Below, one piece after another: positions 11,301 to 23,046 of a stretch of DNA of 64,000 bases. The position numbers were made by a program, and so were the translations under genes. Within the stretch, counting starts at the first letter, position 1. The number at the start of each line of letters is the position of its first letter. The stretch comes from Trichoplax adhaerens (taxonomy: Eukaryota; Animalia; Placozoa). The stretch spans positions 4,577,216-4,641,215 of the forward strand of contig NW_002060949.1 in the NCBI RefSeq assembly GCF_000150275.1, given 5' to 3'. A model generated the notes under the pieces. It was not told where the DNA came from and searched no databases. It worked only from the letters and a program-made list of their open reading frames with translations.

Positions 11301-14300
11301 TGATAAAATAAAGGAAAACGGGGAAAACATTATTCAAGTACCTTTAAGTCAGTCCAATCCCTTTTTCGACGCTTATATTCGTGAAACCATCTATTTAACT
11401 TCTTTTTCGAAGACAGTAAAAGACATTTTCCTTTGTAAGACGTTAGAAATGTTAAAGTCTAAGAAATAAAGATGTATAGAAAATTAGTATGTGTTTTTTG
11501 TTATTAAATTATATAATATCGTATTTGCGGATTAGTACAATATACCGGCAAGTATCTTCCCAATTCTTCTGGATAAATAAAGACACAACCTTGTTTCTTG
11601 TAAACGCAAGCATGGTATATGTCGATAACACATTCAGCTTGATAGCGACATAATTGAGTGGCTAAATTGGTTGGTATTGTATTCTCATCTGATAAGATAA
11701 TATTCGTAACATTATCTGAACTGTCATACAGCACCTTACTGGAAGCTTTCCGATCTAAATCCCTCTGTCGCCTTATAATTTGATTATCAAGAAATTTATG
11801 GGCACTATCAACTATCTTGTCCATTTGATCTACTGATTTAGCTCTTGAATCTGTCCTTTTACGTTTTCTAGTCGTGCTACCTATTGGCTTACATGGTGAG
11901 GAATTACGTCTGTGTACGATCTTTCCACCATTACCAGATGCAGTGACTGATGTTGATTGATTCTTCGTATCACTTTGGATCGGAGTAAATGATGATTTGA
12001 ATTTAAGATCAGATTTTACTGAGTTAATAGTAGGAGATAAGGATAACGAAAGTGGAGACTTGTTATTGGAAGAATTAATTTTATTAGACTTTGATGCGGG
12101 CTGTTCCATCACAGGTAGGGTCATATTTGATATGTTACTTTCCTTATTTAAACCTTGTAATGATGGCATTTTGTTTTTTAATGAAGCCTCATGATAGGAC
12201 CCTTTAGGTATTGTTTTATTCCGAGTATCGAAGATTGGATTATCAGTAAATATCGCTGAGGAGCCTGCGCCAGAGATATTACTTCTCTGATTTATATCTT
12301 GAGATTTTGATTGTTCTTGCGACGGCTTATTGCCAAATGATCCATTTGATGGAAATAATATGGAACCATTGGATAACAAATCATCATTGTCAAGTATAGT
12401 AAATAAGCTTATATTAGAAGTACTGTTGCCTTCATTTTTACATTGTGATTGCATTTGTTCAATTACCGATGAACCACTACTCGGCTTAAATTTGCAGCTA
12501 ATGGAAATCTCGTTCGATCTAATTACTTCGGGATCGCTATAACATAAAGCTGTGTTGGTTTGTATTCGCTTAGAAGAGGGCAACATCGATTTCTCTGTGG
12601 TGTGAGAACTTTCTAATAGCTCTCTGTGATATAATGTGAAACGTTCGTCATAATTATCATCGTCATCATCGTTGCTTTCATCAAATATAATTGACGAATC
12701 ATCATACTTTTCGCCTAATTTCTTTCTGTGTTTTTTACAAATATGGTACCTGTGATAAATATCCAGATGGTCTTTTGAACTATTATTTCGTTTCGTTAGA
12801 TATTGTCTTAATTCCTATATTGCCATGTAATTATATTCAGGAATATGTTCCGTTATTGACCAGAAAACGAAATAAAATCGGGTAACTCTATCCTTATTGT
12901 TACTCACATTGTATTCAGACAAAAACGACTGTTTTTCTGTACCATTATCTATATCTTGCAATTTTTCTGTACTATTATCTATATCTTGCAATTCGTCCTA
13001 AAGGTGTCGAAATTTTTATCCTATGTTAGTAATTAGAGCACAGAAAAGCCAATAAGTCTGATACTGACCATAACAAAGTCTGAAGTTCTATAAATATCTT
13101 GATCTTGACTAGTCAATTTTTGCATGATAATGTTATTATTGATTTCATCGCAGACAACTCCTATTGACACAATTCATATCCGAAAGTTAATTTATAAAAT
13201 GCGTTCTTCTGTTTTTGTGATAATTATAGTAGGATCGCGAATTGTACCTCGGTAAATCAATTCCTTGATGTATGATTCATCCAGGTTAGTTTTTGATGAC
13301 TGATCCCAAATACTTTTACCGAGTTGTAACAAGAAATTTCGATGTTCACAAACATTCACCGTTGAAAGGTCTTTAATTTCAAGATACCAGGCGTACAAGA
13401 GAAGAAGCACAACCTAAATTTTCAACAAAAAAAATGAGATTTGTACTCCGTTAGATATGCCATCTACAGATAATTGTAGAAGTCTAGTTAAAACAGTGAC
13501 TTGCTATAATAAGTACATCAGATTAATAGTAATTGCGATTTTTTAAATCAATCTAATTTCTGAAGTGATTAAAATATTCCAATTTATAAATTTAAAGTAA
13601 AATAGTGCACATAATATATCGACTAGATTACTAGTAGTTATAAATAGACTACACAGTCGTTGTCACTTAAGCAGATACTAACTTTAGCAATTTCCAACTC
13701 GTCATTTTCTAAGTTTGTCAATTTTATCACCCCTTCGAAAGATTGGTAAGTGAGATCTGTAAAAAAAGTAATATAGCTTCATTTTTAATTATGTAAACTT
13801 TTAGCAGTATAATTTGTGTAGTTATGATAACGTATCATTTAAGGTTATAAATATCGTGATTACCATATGATTAGAATTAATTTTATAATATCAACAAATA
13901 CTATCGTAGTGTAAGTTGGCGCTAAAACTTTTATTTTTTCTGATAGTAAAATTTGTGGTGGGTACAGAAATCAGTTATCAAAGGACGTGGTATATAGACA
14001 GGTAAATATCTTTCTTGAGCTGACTACATAGACAGTAATAATAAGCTAGCGATTACCTTTAAGCGTTATAGAATCGACCAGCGATACTATCATTTAGTAG
14101 CAAATAAATTTTGATTCAACAAAACTCTATATTATCAAACTAATCTACGGTGATGTTCTTTGTTGCATTTGAAAAGCATGAAGAGTTAAACAAGAATATT
14201 TACGGGCCTGTATTCTACTTGTGTACCTTCGAGATAATCTATAATTCTAGTAAATCGTGATCGAACCGGTAATTTTACTAACGATGCATAGTCTAGTCCA

Positions 14301-14624
14301 TCCTCTTCTTCGCTATCACTATGACGAACATTAAAGAAGTGAAATTACGATTAAAAAAGATTGACCTTTAAGCCATGTTACCAATGTATGATCTGATATG
14401 TGAACTGTAGTATTAATAAGCGTTGATTAATTAAATTTGTAAATGTGACTTTAAGGAAATATGGATAAATTTATTTCATAAACAATTATAAAAAAAATAT
14501 TAATTAAAAATATATGTTGATATATTTCTTACTGTAACAGTTTTTCAGCTACGAAACATAATCGCTCGCTATTGGCAAATTGACGAAACGACGTAACTCG
14601 ATCTTCATGATGGTAAGTGTTGAC
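8385..14624 (-). CDS. ATRX/ARIP4(RAD54L2)-clade SNF2-family protein with degenerate ATPase motifs (predicted pseudo-ATPase); long N-terminal low-complexity region; multi-exon, 5' end uncertain
   Basis: The spliced translation is collinear with the ATRX helicase region: LCRYQAECV..GCVFIYPEELGRYLP|TLTFL; IKQWKQISGVLLLSYNTY..CLQSPG|SDLVICDDDF; KIEHVVFLRLNDEQTQLY; CSKYLILDCLIQLCLSSSEKIVVV; DINLTEVDRIVFWD; DTAEEKLFFER; NDTVLKECL..WIVDVRQYDSF..*. Splice phases are consistent in the junctions checked and no premature stop was found. Confidence 0.82.
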
Positions 14625-16492
14625 CTTTAGGAAACAAAAGTACTCGTAAAGAGGCAATATTATTAATGAATGTAATTGTTCTTATTTGAAAATAATTTAA
14701 AAACAGCACAGGGGTAATAGATTAAATCGTAATGTGAATATCCCTTAACTAAAGGTGTCATTAATTTTTGAATTATAATCATAATAGTAATTATGATTTC
14801 TTGGAAAGTACGCAAAGGTATAGATTTACCTTACGTGCGTTTAGAAAAGCTGGTAATGATAATGGGTTTATGATCCAAATATTACAGTAGGACAATTATT
14901 CCATGCAACATCAACATTTTCGGCTTAACAATGTCTTCGGATACAAATGTATACCATAGTATAGTAAATAGCGTTTTTGTCATAATCGACTCTTTGCTAC
15001 ATTCGACTGCGTACTAGTATGTTAATGATGGAAAAGGCATGTAATACCGCAATAAATAAGTCCTATTTTTTACAGTAGATCTTGTGGCAGTACCTCAATT
15101 CATCTACGTATTAACCATACTACTATATTAGGTATCGTGTGTAAAATACTGTGCATTAAAAAGGCTTGGTATTGATACCGTGTAAATTATACAGTATGTT
15201 CTACTGCTGTCCTTACGCGTATGTGTCATATCTCGCCAAGAACAATAATTATTATTATTACATTATTAGTCATTTCTGCTATCAATTAATGATAGGCAAT
15301 TATGCGAATTATGTTATAGGAGTGCCTGAATTCAACATCTAATTAGCCATACTTACAGTATAACACTGTATAGCAAATTGAGAAAATTTCTAGGTTTCCT
15401 GTGTTTTCTAAGCTAATTCAAGCAAAACATAGCCGATAAAGTATAGAAAATATTTTTACTGTGGCACGGTGATTATAATGTGAGAGACGGCACAAATTAA
15501 GTTTATTATCCAGGTAAACCTTTAGACTTGAAGTAGGTTGATCACAAGATGATAGACTTGAAAGCTTGATACAAAATCGGTATCATATATACTGTATAGG
15601 CATTGCATATATACGATATATATAATATATACAGTATAAATGGCGCGATTGGATACATTGCCTACAATACTCGCGCCAGTATCACTCTAACCAGGGCATG
15701 ATGGTAGCTGGAAATGACGAGAACTGCTTACGAGTAGAACACTGTCATCATTAATTATTATCATTGAGTAGAGAGCAAACGTAGACTGATTTGTCCATAC
15801 CGACAGATGTGCATGCTTATAGGCGGGAATTTCCCTACAAACATTACACGTAGGGCATAGGAACCCTTACTAAGGCAGTAAAAGAAGAAAGCGGACACTT
15901 TCCAATAACTTCTTGCTATCGATTTGGATATTATTTGACAGTCGTAGCAAGAGAATATAGTCATGTTTAGCTTTGGCATCAAAAACTTGCGTCTGTCCAG
16001 GACAGGACATCTGCATTATGGCATCTATGGTACAGCTCTTGATGCAATAGCTCTTGATTAAGTTATTATGATTATTATTTTAAGAAGAAAGTGGCGTTTG
16101 GTAAATTTGTCGTTCTTGCTCGTTGACAATTCATTAATCTGTATGCTAATGGAATAGTAAATGAATATTTTATATTGGAAAGAAGGAAACTTACCCACTT
16201 GAGTAAATGCTTCTTCACTTGATGGTTCATACCTCCTTGAGTAAGTTAATCTTGAATGAAAAATGAAGCGTCAAGAAATACTAGGGTGATTTTTGTCATG
16301 AATTCTTCACTTCTTTTTGCATGTATTGATCAATCATAAGCATACTCAATCGTCATAAGATCTACAGGTTGGAATCGCTGATTGTCCTCTCCAATTTCCT
16401 TTATTCAGAACATCATGTCAATCTTTGTCCTGTATTATTTGATTGTTCAGAAACTGGACTGTCTTTGGTATTGACTGGTAGAAATTTGCAGA

Positions 16493-17258
16493 TTATTTCT
16501 GGATAATACCGTGCTTGCTCAAGCTGTATATCAAGGAGTTCTCTTGTAAGGTGCATTGATAGCAGCATATATATCTGATATTTATTCCACTAGGTGTGGT
16601 GAAAAAGCATACAGGCATTACAGGGGCATGCCTTCCACATTAACTTGGCTGCTGTAACCATGGAGAAGTTTCTTACCTCACTAAATTGACTGACCATTAG
16701 ACCTGAGTGACCATGCAGTATTGAGTAATTGTGCTGTAGTCTACAGTACAGTACAGTACTGTATGCTCTACAGTCTACAGTGTTTTTACTGTTACAGTAC
16801 TGTACTGTACTGTAGTTCTTGCACGCAATGCACGGTGTAGTTGGTGCATAGACTGCAGTTTAATCCTCTATTATTTCTAGACAACACTGTGTTAGCTCAA
16901 GGTGGATATCAAGGAGTTCTCTTGCAAGGTGCATTGATAGCAGCAGCATATACTGCATATCTGCTATTAGTACCTATTACTACACTACGTAAAAAAGGAA
17001 AGAGCATACAGGGGTATGCCATACACGTTAACTTGGCTACGCTGTAACCATGGAGAGGTTTCTTACCTCTTACCATACTGTTCAGTATTGCGTAGTCTAT
17101 GCGTTATAGTCTACAGTACAGTATGATCCACAGGGCTTTTCCTGTCCTGTTACAGTACTGTACTGTACGCGTATTAATGTACTGTACTGTACAGTGTACA
17201 GTACTGTCGCTCTTGTAGTTGTGCATTAATTGTGCATGGACTGCAGTTTCATCTTCCT
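16493..17258. repeat. Diverged tandem duplication, 2 x ~380 bp
   Basis: ttatttct(g/a)ga(t/c)aa(t/c)ac..gtg..gctcaag...tatcaaggagttctcttg.aaggtgcattgatagcagca...taacttggct..gctgtaaccatggaga.gtttcttacctc...gactgcagttt occurs at 16493-16870 and 16871-17258. Confidence 0.85.
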
Positions 17259-17320
17259 GAGTGCTAAAAGAAATTCTTTTAGGATCTCTATTGAAGCTTT
17301 ATAACTGAGATGAGCCATGG

Positions 17321-17640
17321 ACTACTACTGTAGAAAAAGGCCTTGCTCTAGTAGTCCAGGTAGAGTACTGTATAGTACAGTACAGTATTGCAGTCCAGAT
17401 AGAGTACCGTACTGTACAGTACAGTATCTGTGACGTCATTCGCGTTGAAGCCTACAGTACTGTACAGTACAGTGTACAGTGTACAATACAGTAAAATGTT
17501 CGTACTTACTACTGTAGAAAAAGGCCTTGCCTACAGTACAGTACAGTACAGTACTGTAGTAGTCCAGATAGAGTAGAGTACAGTAGAGTACAGTACAGTA
17601 CAGTATCTGTGACGTCATTCACTTTGAAGCCTACAGTACA
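17321..17640. promoter_or_regulatory. Putative caspase A promoter: two related ~140-bp repeats (~180 bp period), each with TACAG arrays and a perfect CRE palindrome TGACGTCA (17431-17438, 17610-17617)
   Basis: Repeat units tactactgtagaaaaaggccttgc...cagtatctgtgacgtcattc....tgaagcctacagtac lie 230-550 bp upstream of the ATG at 17867. Confidence 0.55.
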
Positions 17641-17866
17641 CGCACGACTAAAGCAAAATGTAGCTCAAAAAAGCCTGTCTCTGAGAGTCACAACCATAGA
17701 GTAAAATGAAACAATTCCTTCCTTTTAACTCTATATTCACTAGTATGGTTTCAAACCAAGCCTTGAGCAGTGGGGCCCCGCTAGTTTCCCCTATATTGAG
17801 CAGGCGTAGAACAGGTTCAACAGGCAGCATCGTTTTGGCATTCTGACTGATCTCAACGCAATAAAA

Positions 17867-20800
17867 ATGGCTACGGTTGTAGGCCTAGCGAGAGAGGATC
17901 GCGATTTACTCCAGCATAATTACAATAATCTACTCAGCAACTTGCAGGCAAAAATTGATTTTGTCATTACTATTGCGTATACTAAGAAGTTAATCGATGG
18001 ATACGATAAAACTACTATTGAAGGAGAAAGTGATGCTTACAAGTAAGTACAGTACCATACTGTAGGTCATGATAAGCATAACATGAAACTGGATAGGATC
18101 GATGATGTTGAACGTAGTCATGTAGTTTTACACTGTTGCTATCTTGTTCAAATCTTGTGTTTCTCTCACTCTCTCTTCTCTTGTTACTGTCAAATGAATC
18201 AGCAAAAATACCGTATTAATACTGTTGGTTATAGTGGTCTACTTTTTACTTTCTATTCGATAAAAGTCTTTGAACTGGATCGACGGTAGTGTGAACGCTG
18301 TATTGATTATTTGCAACTTTATTGTCATTTTTAGTCAGTTTCCGTAGCGTTCAATAACACATACTGTAGCTGACATGCTTGATATTGACACTTAATTTTG
18401 AAATAAACATCCATTTTCAACTTAATATTTTGGGAAATTTCTCAACATACTGTACAGTACTTTATTGCACTGTGCTGTAAAAGCAATAACTCTACTACGG
18501 TACTGTACAGTACATTAATCTACACAACAGTACGACAGTATATTGAAATTGATCAAACTCGTTTACTTTCTATTTTGGTATGTGAACGTACATCAACAGT
18601 TATTCTTATTTAGGTAAGTATTAAAGCAGGATAAAAAACATGAAAGACAGTACAGTACATGCTTTTTTTTTAGCAGTACACCAGTAATACTGCCGCACTG
18701 TGCCTCGTACGTTAGTTTTAGTTTTTTTTTGATACAAATGTACAATCTTACGCAATAGCTATTACTGATGCCGTATTGCTAACATCAGTCTGTAAAAGTA
18801 GACATACTCGTACGTATTCGAAGAAGAAAGGTAATAACAGCATCAATCTTCATCAACGCACTGTATCTCATACGATAGTTTTATCATCTTACAATGCAGC
18901 TCAAACTGATACATTAGTCTGCAAAAGTAGATATACAGTAAATATTTGGACAAGCAAAGGGAAAAATGACATCGATGCTTATCAACACAGTACTATGTAA
19001 TAATACCCTACTGAACTACCTTACTGGATCTCATAGCTTACCTTTATGATACAGATTGATAATCTTACGATACAACTATTACTTATACTACTAAGATCAA
19101 TCTGGAAGAAATAGCCATTCAACTTGAAGACTAGCTGTTCGATTTTTGAAGTTGAATAATAAGAATACAGTAGTATATCTAGGTGTCTAAACAGTATAGT
19201 ACAGTGCAGATACGTCAAAATATTACGAGTGAGATGTTATACTTGTTCTGCCAGAAAAAGTAAAGACTGGGCTAATGTCTATCAATACGGTATCGCACTG
19301 TAGACTCGTATGTTAGTTTGATCATACAGATTGATAATTAATCTTACGATGCGGCTACTACTTACTGTGCTCTGCTAAGATAACTCCGGAACAAGTAGAC
19401 ATACACGCACTTGTTCTAAGAGGAAAAAGTTTAAACTACATCAACGGTGATCAACCCTATTTTAGAAAAACGCGTAAATTCTTGGATATCGTACCTTCTC
19501 GCGGATCGAAAGCTTTAGAATTACTATTGGAAGTAATTGATGAAACGGTAAACCCAGCTGTCAGCAAGGATATACGAGACCAGAGGAAGGCTAAACAACA
19601 GTCGCTTAAGCCAGGTAAACAGCAGTTAGACAATTTTAATGGTATAAAAATGCATCTAATTACTTTATTCCTCTGATTTTGTAAACAAGTGAGAAGATTA
19701 CAAAATTTAAGGCGATATCATGAATAAATAATTTGTAGGCTTACCTACTACAGTATACTACCTATAGCAACACATAGATACGAATACAATCCATTAACAG
19801 GAAAGATGGCAGTATTATACTATAAAGTATAGTACAGTACAGTACAGGACATACCTCAGTACAATCAAAATCGACCTACCCCGTTTCTCACAATAGCAAA
19901 ATATTGATATTAGACAATAAATATATCGACTATATTATTAGTTTCTAATTTTAAATATTGTCTCATTTTAACCTAACTAATGTAAATGAGGTATTATTAT
20001 CTTGTTACATATTGCAGCAAATCGTAAAGTGACTCCGAGATCAACAAATGAATCAGATTCTTCTACAGTTTCTACAGCTGAAAGCGAACAAACTTCAACC
20101 ATGGAAATAGGTATGAGAATAGCTACTATGCTGTGAGTTCATTGTAGATTATTGTAAACTGTATAAACTGTAGATTGGCAGGTATATAACGTAGAGCATA
20201 AGAGAAATCTTATCACAGCGATCTATGCGTTATTTTGTGTCACTAGTTAAAATTTTAACAAATATTGATTCAACTCTACTACTACATTTATAGAAATTAC
20301 TATAATATTAATACGTATCCAATTTCGAAATCGTCCTTGATTGGTGTTATTGGAGATCATTTTGGGGCATTCCAAACTAAAGTATTCAATTCTGTAAATT
20401 ACTATTGCATTTCTAGTTGATCCTGAAAGTGGCGGTGGTACGATATCACTATATGATGATTTTGATTCTGCACCGATAAGAAGAAGTCCTATTCTTAGTG
20501 AACAATATTTGTATAAGATGGAAAATAAGCCGCTTGGCTATGCTTTGATTATCAATAATAGGTTAATGATCTACGGTGATACGTTAGGTGTCATATTTTT
20601 TGTATTTATAAACTATCAATCATTAACCGTATACAATTTTATCTCTTTATCTTGTTAATAACTAGAAAATTCATTGGGATGCCTGAACGTAAAGGTAGCG
20701 ATAGAGACGCTAAAGGTATGCAAACTCTATTGGTAAATCTAGGCTACAAAGTAGCAATAGGCGACGATTTGAGTGCAGCTCAAATGAAAGATGTATTACA

Positions 20801-21401
20801 ACGATGGGCCGCCAAGGATCATAGTACTTGTGATAGCTTCGTATGCGTGTTATTAAGCCATGGCGAGCAAGGTAAAATATTTGGCACTGATACCGACGTG
20901 GATATCGAAGAATTACTTGGACTGTTTAGAGGTAATCGTTGCGCTTCACTGGCTGGAAAGCCAAAGTTATTTTTTATTCAAGCTTGTCGTGGTACAAACT
21001 TTGATGAAGCTGTCGATCACATTGACGGCGTTCCTGATGAATCAGCACTAAATGCAGAAGGTTATGAGGATGAAGTTGATGCTAAAACTCGACAAACATT
21101 ACCATCTGAAGCAGATTTTTTAATTGCCTATTCGGTTGTTCCAGGTTATTATTCTTGGAGAAATTCTACAAATGGCTCTTGGTTTATGCAAGCAGTTATT
21201 GACATTTTTACTAAATATTATAAGCAACTGGATCTTATAACAATGTTAACTATTGTTAATAATTCAGTTGCAACGGTCGAATCTTCAACAAGTGATCCGA
21301 GATTCAATAATAAAAAGCAGATCCCTAGCTGTGTTAACATGCTACGTAAGCTAGTCTACTTTAATTCAGAAGCAGTCAAAAATCACGGTATTTTTGGTTA
21401 A
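17867..21401 (+). CDS. Caspase A: N-terminal CARD + caspase-3/7-type catalytic domain (exons 17867-18042, 19466-19614, 20018-20110, 20417-20561, 20666-21401)
   Basis: CARD-like MATVVGLAREDRDLLQHNYNNLL...KTRKFLDIVPSRGSKALELLLEVI; YKMENKPLGYALIINN; LLSHG; GKPKLFFIQACRG; PGYYSWRNSTNGSWF; KKQIP. Splice phases match. Confidence 0.92.
18690..19460. repeat. About four degenerate repeat units in caspase A intron 1
   Basis: The motif (cgc)actg...ctc.ta...tagttt...atcttac...aagtaga.atac recurs near 18695, 18857, 19023 and 19294. Confidence 0.55.
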
Positions 21402-23046
21402 GTACAAACTGTTAACCTAGAGAATAACTATAGAAGATTGTGATTCTATACTTTTATTCGATGTACTACATTTACACGAATCCTTGACTAGTACTGTAGA
21501 ACTATAACCTTAAAACAGTATCCCTTTTTTACTAGCAGTATCTGTGATTATAATCGGAAATTTTTATCTATTGTTATGTAATCTTTGTAATGCGTTAGAC
21601 TAACATTTTCTATTAAGCTTTTAATATCTATCTTCAACGTAAATATTGGAATTGTGTTTTGTAAGTTCATTTCATGGTTGTACTGAAAAGAAATGTTTTT
21701 ATGCAGCGGTAATCTAAACTACTGTTTATTTGGCTTACATCTATAAACCCAGCTGATGACTTATAGATAGTTCCTCACTTACCTATTTCTGATGAAACCG
21801 TTTCAATAAAGTATACCTCCATGGTGAAGTATACGCGTACAGTAGTTAGACAATATGCAAATATACGTTAAGCATAATATTAGATATTGAACCCGGTATA
21901 TTAACTTTAATAATTTTTATAACAACTTCCTAAACTTAAACGTTTAAACCTCCTTATCGTTAATCATTAGAATGTTGTCATTAAGTAATTCCTATTGGAA
22001 TTCCAAAATCGTTCAATAATTGCAGTAATTATGCCAATTATTTAGACTATCGACTAATAAAGTTTTACAAATCTAATTTTAAATTCATTATTAGTTTTCT
22101 AGATACATTGAAGCTATCAATTCTGTAGATTATGTTTCTATAGTTCAATTAAAGATACTCTTTCTCTTTTAACTTAAATGTCTAAATCTTTGGTTAGGTG
22201 TCTATAATCTTTGCAGTTTATTACTAATTTATATGAGTTAAAAGATCGTGTAATAAAGTATGAACTATGGATTATAATAATTATTGAGATTTGTCAACTA
22301 ATAAAGCCTACTGTTAGGCATAAACGCAGTGCATTGATTGTTATTATTCTAGCTCGTCTACGTAAACGTAAATTCTGTTTGATGACGCTACCTTACGTTA
22401 CTATGCATTCCTTGAAATACTCTAAAGACTGTCACCTTCCTACTACTTTATATTGCTACCATTGATAAATTGACAAATAAAAGCGCTGTACTACAAGATT
22501 AGCAGATTTGAAGCACGTCTACATAGGACAGATTTGGATGATATTGTGGTTTAAGCACAAGGCCGTTGACCATATATTGTGTGAGAAGAAACAGTAGTTC
22601 AGCGCAAAAGAAAGAAAGAGTTATTAAAGTTTTATGAAATTTTATTGCAGCATTTCATTCTCTGTTTAATTAAAAATCCTCTTTATTCAAAGAAATATTA
22701 TAAAAATAGAAGAGGTAAAAATTCTCTAATGCAGTATGTTAATGCATGTAGTAATTATCATTCTGGAAATTGATTTTAGATCCTTAGCTAAGATAGTACG
22801 ATAACTATAAATCTGAAATGATGTTAAAGGTAAAAACTTTAATTTACGTTGTAGGCCAGCTCGTCTTCTATATAGGAATGAATGTTCATTGTAATACAAT
22901 ACGAGTCCAGTAAAGTATATTAAAACACTCCAACTTACAAACTTTCAATTTACGTTGGACGTCAGTTCGTTTCTATGTGAACGAATTTTTACTCCACTAT
23001 TCAAGCAAATAGTAATCTTCTTTTACTATTATCATTTGTGAATACG

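Noticed and set aside
11504-12586. 360-aa ORF as a stand-alone gene
   Set aside because: It is part of one large internal exon (12814-11546) of the SNF2-like gene, with in-phase splice sites on both sides.
17436-17618. Short YCTVL-rich ORFs (also 34717-35076, 34748-34999, 53443-53676)
   Set aside because: They are translations of TACAG/CTGTA pentamer arrays, with no other sign of coding.
18690-19460. Intronic repeats as decayed extra CARD exons of caspase A
   Set aside because: Translations show only vague similarity to exon 1, with stops and no consistent splice sites.
20860-21051. 63-aa overlapping ORF conserved in all three caspase copies
   Set aside because: It is an alternative-frame shadow; its conservation follows from near-identical DNA.
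20652-21401. Caspases as a prokaryotic caspase-like/metacaspase defence system or horizontal transfer
   Set aside because: Spliceosomal introns, CARD exons and QACRG/p10 motifs are those of true animal caspases.
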